Positions 31,284 to 43,248 of a DNA stretch of 64,000 nt are shown piece by piece. Below the pieces are notes generated by a model. The model was not told the DNA's origin. It searched no databases and saw nothing but the letters and a program-made list of their open reading frames with translations. The translations under genes were made by a program, and so were the position numbers. Source of the stretch: Cladosporium halotolerans (lineage: Eukaryota); NCBI RefSeq assembly GCF_011745625.1, contig NW_027191497.1, positions 1 to 64,000 of the forward strand, in the 5' to 3' direction. Positions within the stretch are counted from its first letter, which is position 1. The number at the start of each line of letters is the position of its first letter.

Positions 31284-34200
31284 TTTGTGTGATGGTGTGG
31301 TTGGTTGTTGGTGGATAGCGATGAGCTCTGAAGAGGACGAGCGTTGTAGTGTGGAGAGAAGGAGTCGACCAGCGATTATGTAGTGGAAAGGTTAAAGTAG
31401 GTTCGAGGCTGCGTGAAGGCGGTGGCAGCGATGTGAGTCTTAGAAGGCCTTAGTAAGGAGGAGTGTCGCAGACGGCGATAGGCGGGTGTGACGGTAATGT
31501 CTGACGAGATAGGCGGTATAGCGATAATGCGTCCCGTGAGCTGGTCAGTGGGATGTACCCAAGTACTGCTGCTGCCTTGAAGCTGGAGAGGCGAAGTCGG
31601 GGAGAGTGGAGGATGGTGGGGAGTGGACGACAACCAGGCGGCCGGGGAGGAGATACTTATGTCGGGTGGTCTGGCGCAAGGAATGGTGGCCTTTGCGTGC
31701 GCGGTATGCGTAATGGACGGAGAGGGAGAGTCTTTCCACACGCAGCGGTTTCAACGCACGCACCCGCGCACGCACGCCGGCCAGCTGGCGGGCGAGTAGG
31801 AAGGCTCCGCGGGCACGTTGCACCCGTTGCACGCACAAAGCATACAGAGCAGGCCAAACCTGGTACGTCAGCCCGCGCAGTGCTGGCGCCGGCAGCCAGC
31901 CCTGGTTCGGCTGATATAGAGTGAGCTGCCGCGCATCAGACCGCCGGCAGCGGCGCCCACGTCCGGGGTTGCGGGTTACCGATATTGGCTGTCATCTACT
32001 TGGCCTTCACCCAAACACGCCTGGTGCCGAGGATGGTAGTCAGCTTCTGGAAGGGCAGGGTGGGCCTGGGGGAATGCGGTCGGAGGGATGCTTGGGCGTC
32101 TAGACTCCGCGGTGCTGGGGCTGGCGCTGCACCACGAGTCGCAAAGTGTGCATACCAAGTGTGCATACCCAGTACGTGCCTGGGTAGCGATGTAGCATCG
32201 CTGACAAGGCTCGCCGCACGACGCACCGCGCACCTCAGGCATGCCACCACTGCCACGCCGGCGCTGCCCTCGTGTCGCTGGCGTCTGGCGGAGGCTCGGC
32301 GCGGGCTGCCAGCGCTTCACCGCTCGGCCTCATGCTGCCTCAGGTGGTGTTAGGCCGAACGGCGAGGCTTTGAGGCGCGCGTCAGGAGCTGCCTGATCCG
32401 CAAATATCCTGATCATGCTTTCCTGACCCGCGAACATCCCATGCTGATTGACCTGATTCCCTGATCCGCAATCATCCCACCCTCCCTGATCAGCGGGAGG
32501 CGGCGCCCGCTGCAATCGCTGTCTGCTGCTATGCCGATCTATCGTGTTTCCCACTGGTGATGTGACATTCTTCCGTCTGCACGAAGCATGGGGAGTCGTC
32601 CTTATTCTCGTCTCGTGTCGTACATGCCTGGCATATACTACCGATACGAACAGCGTGTGTGCACCCTCGCTTCTCGCCCACTGCATCGGCCCGTCCACCA
32701 TCTCCTCCCAAACCTCCAACCAGCAGCCCAACCGTCCCCTCGCATCTCCCAAACCGCCGCCAAACCCCCGGCTCCACTGCACCTCGCACACGCACACCGT
32801 CTCCGAACTCCCTCCGTGCCTCCATCGACGCGCACATCACCGCATTCTAGATCCCCCGATCGTCACACACCCGAGATTAGCCAGGCCTGCCGGGCGCGCA
32901 CCCGTCGTCTCCCCCACATGTCTCATCTCTCCGCGATCTGTCAGACAGCCACCCATCTGCCCAAGCCGCCGTTACGCGCGGGTGCCCAGCGCCCACTTTC
33001 CCTCCCGCGCGTCTGCCATCCCTGTCCTCCGCCCAACTAGCCGCCCTGGCTCGCACCGCCCGGGGCGCCACGGAGACGGGACGGGGAAGCTGACACGACG
33101 AGACGAAGCGCGGTACCTTTGTGCCCATCATACAGTACCGGAGCAAGCACGTCTGACATCCGTAGATTGTTATGACTGCTCCCAAACTCTCTTGATATAC
33201 AGACTATCGACTCAACCACATCCGCCCGGCATCCGGTTTCTAACATACAGATTCCTGCTTGAAGCTTGAAGTCCATGCGTAAGCCACTGTTTTCTCCTCA
33301 CGACTCGCATCTTCCGCGCTCAGACATCTCGCCGTCCTCATCCCTTCTCCCTAAGCCCAAGCCCTAGCCCAAGCCCGGCGAGAAAAGTCTCCTTACCGAG
33401 ATTGAAGAACAACCTTGGAAGCCTCGGCTGCCACACGACTTCCTCTCTCAGAATCGGACTCCCCCACGTAATCGGACTCATCGCCGCTGACGGATTAATC
33501 TTCCTGCCGCGTAAGTTTGATTCAGCGTGAGACGTCTCAGCCCGTCCGCCGTTTCGCTCGATCGCTGGTACGGAACGCCGCGGGTGTGGGGACGGGAGGA
33601 TTATTCATCTGGGGAAACCAGGGGGACTGGAAACCTTCTGCCGGCGCCGAGGGTAGGTGCCAGCCTTTGTGGTTCGGAGTCTGAGTCGTTCGTGTCACCC
33701 ATCATCCTGTAAGCCGGAGTTGAGGCCCGTAGCAGTAAATTTCCGTGTAATCGCCTATTGTGAAAAACAATCGCCTCGTCATCCCGGAACCCTCACTTGC
33801 ATGGCAGAACGATTCTCACAGATTGTATCCGCGATGATGATGCTTGGATTCGCTTGCGCATGTGCAGACCGAGATGTACCCATCATGGAAAGGTGACATT
33901 TCTGTGCATCTTCGCAGCAATGTCGTATACCTTAAGTGGTTTTTCAATGCTTTTTCTCATGAGTATTATGAGGTTGACATATACGGCATTTGTTCGTACC
34001 ATATATTCATTACCCCAAACTCTGTCAGAGGTGATGTAGGCAAGTTTTGGTATGTCCGAGATGACGGTAATACAGCCACTTTCACGACTCAGCCACGCGT
34101 CCCGCACGGCACATAAACTACATCGGTCTCGAGTATCTTGAAGGCGAGATTAACAATCGTCATGCGAATGCCTCGCTCGAGCTCTTCTGTAAGCGTTGAT

Positions 34201-34499
34201 AGAAACGTGATGCGCTTTCGACTTAATACATGAGATCCTAGCACCACATGTCCATCGCCGGCATTCATCCAGCACAGTACAGAATCGACCTGCAATGCAA
34301 TCGCTCGCATGTGACACAGGCCCGCCATTTCCTAGTCAAGCAGGTACAACACACGTTATCGCCCAGCTCACATCACAAATGACTCAATGTCCAATGCCTC
34401 TCGTGACTCACTCCCATCCCTCTCCAAACCATATATGCTACAACCCATCTCAAATCCCAGTGCCAATCCGTCGTCTCAAATCCAACAAAATACCGAGAC

Positions 34500-34967
34500 A
34501 TGGCCCTCCCGTCACCCCAAACCCGCGGCGCCTACACCCTCACAAATTTAACCTCCAGCATCCCCCTACCCCAACTCAACGCCCTCTTCTCCCAACCCGA
34601 CTTCCACTGGGGCAAACCGCTCTCCGTCCCCCAACTGCAAAAATTGCTAAACAACTCAATCTGCTTCGCAATCCTAACCGACCAACAAGAAATAGTTGGC
34701 TTCGGGCGCATGATCACCGACCACGTCACCGTGGCTTACATCAACGACATCTACATCAAGCAATCGCATAGGAACAAAGGATTGGCGAGCTGGATGCTGG
34801 AGTGCATGGACGAGGCGTTGTCGTCGATGCCGGATTTGCGAGGCACGATCATGATCGCTGAGCGGGGGTCGGGGGCTGAGAGGCTGTATAAGGCGATTTT
34901 AGGGATGGAGGAGTTGGGTGGCAGGGATGTTCTGTTGGATCGGAAGGGGAGAGGGGCGGTGGAGTGA
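34500..34967 (+). CDS. GNAT-family N-acetyltransferase
   Basis: VGFGRMITDHVTVAYINDIYIKQSHRNKGLASWM and AERLYKAILG. Confidence 0.85.
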   Translation: MALPSPQTRGAYTLTNLTSSIPLPQLNALFSQPDFHWGKPLSVPQLQKLLNNSICFAILTDQQEIVGFGRMITDHVTVAYINDIYIKQSHRNKGLASWMLECMDEALSSMPDLRGTIMIAERGSGAERLYKAILGMEELGGRDVLLDRKGRGAVE

Positions 34968-35331
34968 GGGCTTTGGGATTCTGTTAGGGATGAGGGTCAT
35001 GCTTAGCGTTCATGTGCAAGACCCCGACGCTCATGTTCTGCGAGTGTGGGGAACTGGAATGGGTCTGATCGAAGCATGGGCACGGCGGCCTTGTCGGTTT
35101 CATTCCGCTAAGAGCGTGGTCTCATTGTGTTGCTGGAGAGTCGCAAGCGAACTCCTTCAGCTGTCTCCTTCTTCCAATCTCCAGCCTTCATCGTAAGGCG
35201 ATGCCGCTTCGTCCCGTCTATCCATGAGCCACTTATGGCACAGCATATTCCATGCGATCCGCCCAAGCGTCTTTCCCAATCCCAAAGCAAACTCCTCGAA
35301 CGCCCCGCTAGACCAGTCAAAAGTGCGTTCC

Positions 35332-35990
35332 TCACAGGCCCTGCCTAAGCCTCTCGCCCAGCTTCGCCTTGCCGAATTGGTACAGCTTCAGCAGACCCTC
35401 TTCACTAAGATCGACGCTCTGCATGTTCGGCGTGTCCTGGGCAGGCGGGCGCGAGACTCTGCTGGCGACAACGACAGGGTCGGTTTCGAGGATGATGCCG
35501 TCGTCAACGATCTCGTCGATGGCGAGGGAGGCAAGGTCGTAGTTCTCGATGAGCGTGCGTTTGTCGACGGAGTTCCTGCAAGGAACATTCGCATTAGCTC
35601 CAAGGTAAGTATGATTTGGGTGGGGTTTACGCACTTCAGGAGGATGTTCAAGCTATCCCGGAGCGCTAGCACGACGCTGTACAGCATGATCTCGTTCTCG
35701 TCTGCGGGCCCGACGACATACAGCATGACGTCGCTCTCAGTCTTGTACACGACAATCCTGTTGTCGTAGAGGATGACATCGTTTGTCGACTTGGCCGTCT
35801 TCTCCAAGAGGCCCTTCTCGAACGCCTTCTGGTCCTTGAGAGTGGGGTAGGGGTTGGCGCCGGGGAAGTTGTTGCCGGCGTTGGCGGGAGGGTGAGGCGG
35901 CGAGTAGTATTTGGTGAGAATGCGCGAGTTGTCGTCGGCGGAGAGCAGGAGGATCGCGTTCACGCTGAACAAAGACATGTTCGGCGCCAT
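35332..35990 (-). CDS. RET3: Coatomer subunit zeta, 2 exons
   Basis: SLFSVNAILLL, QKAFEKGLLEKT, ENEIMLYSVV and IENYDL.SLAIDEIVDDGIILETDP. Intron at ~35576-35633. Confidence 0.95.
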
Positions 35991-36407
35991 GGTTGCGGTG
36001 GGGGTTGCGCAAAGTGGAAGGGGAAGGTTGGTGGACCGTCAGATTTCACCAATGTCGGAAGCAGATGTTGGAGGATGGCAGGACGCAGGGCGGGATCGGC
36101 GAGCTGCTGGTATGATAAGGTAGTGTGGCTGGGACGTTTGCTGAATGGTGAAGTGAAGCCGATGCTGCCAATGGGAGGAGAGGTGGCATGTCAGGCCGCA
36201 AGGCCGCACTTTCGCGCACGCAGCCACACCGAGCCTGAGCAGGCGGGGCCCAGGACGTTCCTAGGGTTAGGGTTGCAAGGACCCCCGAACGCCTCGCGGA
36301 GCTGCCCTGCAAGTCTCCAATATTCACGTGAATTTGCGTGCCGTGGCGGGCCTCGTCCAACACCCTCAACGCCGACATTCCCTTCCCGGCATATTACTCT
36401 CACATCC

Positions 36408-38648
36408 ATGCTCGCTGCCAGACTGTCGCGCGCGCAGCTGCAGCTGCAGTCGCACAGGACATGGCTGAGGAGTTTCGGTCAGCGCGCGACCATCGCCCCG
36501 ACGTCCGCATCCCTCACGCAGCATCCCATCCGTCCCGCGAGCAATAGAACACCGCGGGAACCCGCCAAAACACGGAAGTTTGTCCCCCGCTCTGGTGACG
36601 AGAGCAGACGTGCAGGCGCACTTCAGGAGGCGGATGAGGCCCACCTGGTCGCCCAACAGCGCGCAATCCGGGAAGCAAGCAAGAACTTGGACCTCCATAC
36701 GGCCATTACTATCTACTGGAATATCAAGCGCAAGGAACTCATTATTGACCCAGTGCGCACGTCTTTGACCCAAGCGATAGCTTTCTGGACGAGAGTACAA
36801 AAGACTCTTCCTGAGGCGGAAAGAGATGAAGCCACCGCGAAAATAGTCTCAGACTTCGTACAAGCGTTCATCCCCACTATCAAGTCTCACAAACTAGTGC
36901 GGTTGAACGGACAAGCAGTAGCACACATACTGCGCTACCTGACTGCTACGAAGTCTTGGGAAGATGGGAACCGGCTGTGGAGCTATTTGCGCGACACAGA
37001 GGGCGGCCCGGTTGATGCGAACGTCTACGGCGCAGCGATTGAGATGCTGGCGGCTCAGGACGCTAAGCTGGAGGACCTCGAGGCACTCTACGAGACAGGG
37101 TTGGCGAAGCTCCCCCACTCTGAGGTGATATCTTACCAGCTGTCGCCCGGCTCCATTTTGCCTGATCGGGAGCGTGACGTTGCGCTTAAACTTGCTAGAC
37201 AACTGCCTTTTGCGATCATGCTCGCTCGATTGATGCGAGGTGATGCGCAGAACGCATACCACATTCTCGACTCCATGCTCAAGTTACGGCCTTCTAAAGT
37301 AGACTCTCGATTTAACTATCCTTTCCTGGAAGAGCGTCCCATATCCGAGGCCTACTCGGTTTTTGCGATGTCATGCAAAGCTGGTAACCCGGTCCGGAAA
37401 TCCCAATTTCGCGCCCTCCTCTCCGCGCTTAGGCAGAGCGCCGACCTCACAGATGCCCGGAAATATGCGCTGACCGTCAAGGCGATGCTTACTGCCTCCT
37501 ACATTCAACTTGGCGCTGGAGGAACTATTCCCCGCAACGGCCTGACCGAGATCATCATAGTGCTGGCGGACATGCTTCGCATAGAAGGCATAAGCGCATT
37601 GCATTCCGAACAGAAGCTTCAACTGGCCGCGTCGATACAGCGCACTTTCCGCAAGGTACTCGATCTGGCCGATCGATATGACGTGCGGCCGACCGTTGCT
37701 GGCTTCAATTCGATGATAACACAAGTTGCAGGTCTTGGTCGCCCAGCAGAGGTTGTCACCGAGATCTTGCGAGAAGCGCAGAAGTCCAATGTGAAGCCAA
37801 CTCTTGTCACACGGCGCTCCATCCTCGTTGCCGCCGGCACCGCTGGCGACACAGAACTTATCAAAAAGGCGTGGGGCTGGCTAGTTGAGGCACGCGCTTC
37901 GAAAGACGAATATCCTGACACTACCGATTTGCACATTCTGGTGAACGCCTGTGTGGCTACGCGAACACCCGACTTGGTCCACAAAGCGATCAGCGAAATG
38001 TCATATCTTGACGAATCGGAGAGAGACAACGCCATCTCTCGTCTCGAAGCAGACCTAGACGCGCCTTCGAGTACAACCCCTCCCGCAGACGTCGACGGTC
38101 TCGTAGCAGAAATCGCTGGCATTGAGGCCGATGTCGACGTTTTCGAAGCTCGAACCAGGGACAACCCCGGCGTCCAAGACTTCTCCGCACAGCACGTCCC
38201 CATGCTCCTCTTCACGCCCCCAAAGGACGTCCAGCTCCCCGAATCCGAAATGCGCAAACTCTACGATGAACTCACCACCGATACAGCGGCTCCCTCACCC
38301 TCCACCGATGCCGAAGCGGCAAAAGGCCCCCCAGTGATCCTCGAATCAACTAAAATGCCGCTCGGTCAACTGCGCTACGAAAATTGGAAGCTCATCACGT
38401 ACCTGCTCGCTGAGGCAGATCGCCATGACAAGACGTACATCGACGCCGTCGACGCCGCGATTGCAAGCGGGCAGCGCCCCCCTCAGAGGGGCTACACGGA
38501 CCTTTTCCGGGGCGACAGCACGATATCCGGCGTGGGTCTGAGCGAGCCGCCGCAGGAATTTGTGAAAGAAGGGGAGGAAGTCGATGTCGAAAAGGTCAGG
38601 AGAAGGATCATGGAATTGAGGAAGGTGAGCTTGCCAGCGCAAGCTTAG
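36408..38648 (+). CDS. Probable mitochondrial pentatricopeptide-repeat-like protein
   Basis: Arg/Ser/Leu-rich presequence MLAARLSRAQL... Degenerate PPR units DANVYGAAIEML, RPTVAGFNSMIT, VKPTLVT and YPDTTDLHILVNAC. Confidence 0.7.
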   Translation: MLAARLSRAQLQLQSHRTWLRSFGQRATIAPTSASLTQHPIRPASNRTPREPAKTRKFVPRSGDESRRAGALQEADEAHLVAQQRAIREASKNLDLHTAITIYWNIKRKELIIDPVRTSLTQAIAFWTRVQKTLPEAERDEATAKIVSDFVQAFIPTIKSHKLVRLNGQAVAHILRYLTATKSWEDGNRLWSYLRDTEGGPVDANVYGAAIEMLAAQDAKLEDLEALYETGLAKLPHSEVISYQLSPGSILPDRERDVALKLARQLPFAIMLARLMRGDAQNAYHILDSMLKLRPSKVDSRFNYPFLEERPISEAYSVFAMSCKAGNPVRKSQFRALLSALRQSADLTDARKYALTVKAMLTASYIQLGAGGTIPRNGLTEIIIVLADMLRIEGISALHSEQKLQLAASIQRTFRKVLDLADRYDVRPTVAGFNSMITQVAGLGRPAEVVTEILREAQKSNVKPTLVTRRSILVAAGTAGDTELIKKAWGWLVEARASKDEYPDTTDLHILVNACVATRTPDLVHKAISEMSYLDESERDNAISRLEADLDAPSSTTPPADVDGLVAEIAGIEADVDVFEARTRDNPGVQDFSAQHVPMLLFTPPKDVQLPESEMRKLYDELTTDTAAPSPSTDAEAAKGPPVILESTKMPLGQLRYENWKLITYLLAEADRHDKTYIDAVDAAIASGQRPPQRGYTDLFRGDSTISGVGLSEPPQEFVKEGEEVDVEKVRRRIMELRKVSLPAQA

Positions 38649-39613
38649 AGAGTTGTGGTCTTCGCACGTGAATGGGTGATGAGGCGCGATGTTGAGGAGT
38701 GTCAGAGTCGAAGACGGGCATCCGCATGCAATTTCAGCCCCATCGATATCAAATATGCGGCGCCACACTGTACACTATGTAATAACACGCATGCAAGCCT
38801 AGATGTGCCTGCCGAGCTTTCGGGTCATTTTCTCCATTAACCCTGTCTACTCCAACTTCTTTCCACACAGCATTTCTGTCTTTGCTCAGAAGGGATCGCG
38901 GCTAACAGCCCGGTGAAAGCCCGTAACAAATCACCATTTCAAATGGGAAATGCCTCCTCTAAGTCCGGATCTTCGATTGCGACGAACCCGCCGCGACAGA
39001 ATGTGTGCATTTGGGCTCGGGCTCTTGCGGGCATGGGAGTCCGCGACTGCAGTCGCTGGGTTAGCGAAGGCGGGTAATGTAATTGCCGACAGGGAAGCCT
39101 GAGACGTATGCGGACCACACTTTCGCATGGACAGACTAGCACGAGGTGGATGAGAAACAGGCGAGAATGATTCGAATTTGTTCGGCGTTGTCCCGTTACA
39201 TTCGCCGCTGGGGTTTCCATTTCCACTCCTTCATGCAAACGTCCAAACCTTACACATTGCTTTCAAAACCAATCCCGATCGAGCACAGTCGTGTATCCGT
39301 CAGATCCACGAGAAAACAAGGAAGAAGAAACCTAGCAAAACGAAATGAGCCGCAAGAGCAGACAATTCCGCAACGGAAGATGCTCAGGGCCCAGGGCTCC
39401 CCTTTTCCTGACCACGCTGAACCGATCTGAATCTTCTCCGTTCCGACCAAAAGACGACCTGTGGACTGCAAAGTGGCTGTTCTGTCGACGCAACGAATAT
39501 TAGGAGAGTCGTAGAAGTCGTGAAGCATTGTAAGTTCACTGCGAGAGCGAGCGGACGAAATTGTTCCTTCTTTCCGTTAGTGAAGGCATCCTGCCCTACG
39601 GAGCGAGTTGATC

Positions 39614-41582
39614 TCACCGTATACGAATGTAGACATCGGCGTCAGCGAGAAAGAGCCTGACGCCGGAGCCGAAGGACCAATTGTCTTCCTGCGAGATGTG
39701 TATCTTGAGGCAAAAGTCAGCGTGCTAAACTGCCGAGAGCGCAAAGAGTGAGTGAGATTACCTTGCATTCGGGGCTGAGGTCTTGTTCGCCAGATATTGG
39801 ATTGACCTCTAGAGCTTGGTGGAGCGGGAGCTGCCGATCGCACTCGATGGTCGCAGCGCCTTCGGTGAGCCATCGAGCATCGGGGTTCTCGTACCGACAC
39901 ATAAGATCGCGCAGGCTCGGCCGAACAATGAAGTCGAAAACGCGGGGATGTGATACGAACAGCTGGTAAGGGGTGGGTCTCGCGAGCTCTGGAATGTCGC
40001 GGTAATGTTCCTTCGAAGGGCAAAGCATCCATCTCCAAAGAGCCCAATACCAGTGCATCATAGCGTACTGGGTGAACGTGGAGCCCTCTGTTTCGAGCTT
40101 GATGCTGTGGACGACTTGAGCGACTACTTGTGATAGCCTGGGTGCTCGGTTGAAGACGTCTTCACAGTCGACAGCTCGAACCCATGCGTGGGATCCACAC
40201 AGCGCCGTAGCATCTCCCAAGTTCGCGATTTCGGTCGCCAGGCTACAACAAACATCTTCGAAGGGGTCGACACTTGCCATGGTGTTGTTGATTGTTTGCA
40301 TGGCCCACGTGGGGGCGTGAAGATTTCGTCCTTGTGCGTTTTGAACTGATGCCGGGTAATGGTTGGCCTGGATGGCGTTGGCGAATGGAAGATTGCCAAA
40401 ATTCACGGATGGGTGGTATCGTGTCACCGCCAACGATTCGCTGCCCTTGAGAGGGATTCGGCCAACATTCATAAAGTATTGGCGATCGAATATTGCAGGG
40501 AGCCAGCTCTTGTTTGCATGGCCCGTCCTGGATGTTTGTAGGGCGATATTGGATCTTTCGGAAATGACCGTTAGTAATGCTTGCCATACGCAGGAAGTAG
40601 CTGCTCATGTGGCACGAAGACGTTTCTTGTCGCTTGAGGTCCACAAATCCCATAAAAGCAACAGTCTGGCATACTCACCGTGCTGCATCTTCCTGAGAAT
40701 TGGAGGTCGACGTGAGAGACTGTATGATTTCTTGCCAGTTTTCGCCGCCCCTGATCCGAGCAAGTAAACCAGCGCTGTCAAAGTCTGTTGCGGAAGCCAA
40801 GATCTGTACCAATAAGGCGGCATGGTTTTTTGCATTACACGATGATCTTGGCGGGGCGAGTGTGGGTGGAATGAGGGTCAATTGATCTGGCTGGTCGTGT
40901 GTGGAGGGAGTTTCGCTGGGTGAGGAGGAGGTATCTGGGGATCCAGTCGTGTCGTCAACCTCAGTGATGCTCTGTTCGGTTGCCTCGTCGATACTGTCCT
41001 GTGTCAGGCTTGCCAGACTTTTCAATAGACTCATCGAAGCACAACAGTTTCTGGTCAATGTTGAGTGATGCGGAGCACCATGGTCATCCTCCACCAAGGT
41101 TGATGCTAATAGAGAGGAGATGAGATTGAGTCTGCGCTTGTCGCGCATATGGTCTTGCTCAAGAGCGTGGAATTTGCGCTTCAAGGCAACGATTGGCGTA
41201 GCGTCTGCATCTGCAGAGTAAGAGCATGTGGAGAGCGTGTCGAGACATTTTTGGCACGTAGGACGGATGCCATCGCACTATATGATGGTCAGGTCAGACA
41301 AGGCATTCGAGCAGCTTGGCCGCAACGGCTCAGGCTTCGACTTGGAGCGGTAGAAGAGGCGGAGGCGAGGTGCTTGCCTTGATCTTCTTCTTCCTACACT
41401 GTTCGCAGGCGACCTGTGGCAGGCATGAGCGCTGTTCCGCACATGATTCCGGCGACCTCACCCACCGTGGTTATGCGTCCCCGCTTAGCCTTGGAGGCGC
41501 CAGGCACGCCAGGCTTGCCCTTGTCGGTGCTCGCGGCTTTGTGGGCCCGGCCGCCGCGCAGGCTGGAGCCCGCGCCCTTCAT
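39614..41582 (-). CDS. Zn(II)2Cys6 transcription factor with C-terminal DUF3425-like domain, multi-exon
   Basis: Spliced cluster VACEQCRKKKIK|CDGIRPTCQKCLDTLSTC. C-terminal region WALWRWMLCPS...RPTPYQLFVSHPRVFDFIVRPSLRD...HISQEDNWSF. The start codon is tentative. Confidence 0.8.
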
Positions 41583-43248
41583 GGTCGCGTGGTCTTCTGT
41601 GCACACGCGCCCCGCGAGTGCTCTTTGCAGGCAAATGCGAAGGTCAGAACGTCGACACCACCCGCGGTATTGCGCTAGACGTCGTCTCCGAGCGTGCGCC
41701 CACGCCTCGCCGCCGGACATGCGCCCGTCGGCTGCGACACGGCCCGTTACCCGCTGCTGAAACGCGGGGGAACAGGTGGCGCTGGCTCCGCTCCCTGCCA
41801 TGCTGCCGGCCAGCCATGGAGCAACACATACGTGTATGCAGTACAAAACATTCACACTCAGCCAGCTGGTCCCTTCTAGAAAACTTCTACAGCCTTTGCG
41901 ATGAGTGAACAGCTCTGCAAGCGTCCATCTCACGTGCAACCAGGGCTCACGGAGGCGATCGGAGAAAACCTACAGGCCCCACCGTCACGATTAGCACTGA
42001 GAGCGCGTGGGATTGGACCGCAAGATATACTTGTGCGACGCGTGGTATACTCCGCCAACCACTGGGATGGTGTATCTCGCATGCGCTAGCACTAAGGTCG
42101 CACGACGCAATGCCCACGTGTGGCCTGGCGCATCGACGGCGGGGCGCTGTCCGTTTCCCATGAATCCTCGCCAATAAAACTGCTTTCGAGGCCGGACAGT
42201 ACGTTCGGAAACTACATAGGTTCACCACATTGTGCATCTTCATCATCCATGGTACAATGTCTACGGGTTTACATGCTTGGTGACTCGCCTGACGGATCAC
42301 CCGCTTGCTGGTCAAATGCAAGGCACAAAGCAAGGGCTCGTGAATCCTTAGGTAATGACAGAGCTGATATGCGAGCATAAGTATGCGCTCGGTGAATAGC
42401 AGCCTCCAAAATTCCTGTTGGCATTTTCAGCTCCGGCAGGTGTACAGGTCACTGGTTGATAATTTACCGTCTCATCTCGTTCAATTCACGTTGCCAGCAC
42501 GCTCTCGTGCGGCGCTCAAAGCCCGAAGCAGGTGGAGTCAGCGCCGCCGTACTCGGAGATCGGCGTTCGACAACCACGACGGATGGGCCGACATCACCAA
42601 AACCGGGCTTTCCTTGGATAGCTCACGACTTCGGAGCACGTGGAGAATGGCAGGGTCTCATTATCTTCGGCTGCTGTTGAGGACAGCTGGATGTCGAGGG
42701 TCTCGTGGCATGGTCGCAACACCGATAAGGATTCCCGCCGTCTTCAAGCAGATAGGATTGAAGGTCTGCACGCCCGCGCGCTGATCTGTGCCAATCATGC
42801 CAAGTCGCGCGAATCTATCACTTGGCTGACTTCTCCGCAGCTCGCCCAATCTGTGTCGATGCCCTCAGATCCACCATCGCACAGAGGCTTGCTAGAGCTA
42901 TGGCGGCAGTGCTGCTACCTTGCGGCAGGACCAGATACTGCTAGGATCGGCAGCAATGCCAGGATTCCCTTATCTCCAAAGAGTGCGGTTGAGCAAGATG
43001 ACCAATCGTAAAATGAATACCATCGTATCTCCAATCGAAATCTTACACAATTACCATCTACCATTTACACATTCCCTTCTTATCTGGAATTGACTGCAGG
43101 GTGCAATGCCGTAAAGTCCGATCTCCACCGTCTGAATAGGCTTCACTGACCTTGAGGAGCATACCCGAGGGCAATAAAGTCAGACCATGGCCTCGTTTCC
43201 ATCACGGTCTTTCTCTCATCGTCGGAAATATCCTCTTCGTCAGCAGAC

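Noticed and set aside
32544..33269. 241-aa ORF
   Set aside because: Non-ATG start and low-complexity Pro/Arg/Ser composition from GC-rich DNA. No domain recognised.
33380..33725. RNase MRP/P RNA (GAAAAGTCTCC resembles CR-I)
   Set aside because: No convincing CR-V partner (GGAGCTTA) or GARAR P8 loop. Left as an unidentified structured RNA.
35892..36407. N-terminal extension of the 918-aa ORF (likewise 23801-24253 for sim3 and 14928-15101 for partner A)
   Set aside because: The extensions overlap divergent genes or promoters and look non-coding. Downstream ATGs give better protein starts.
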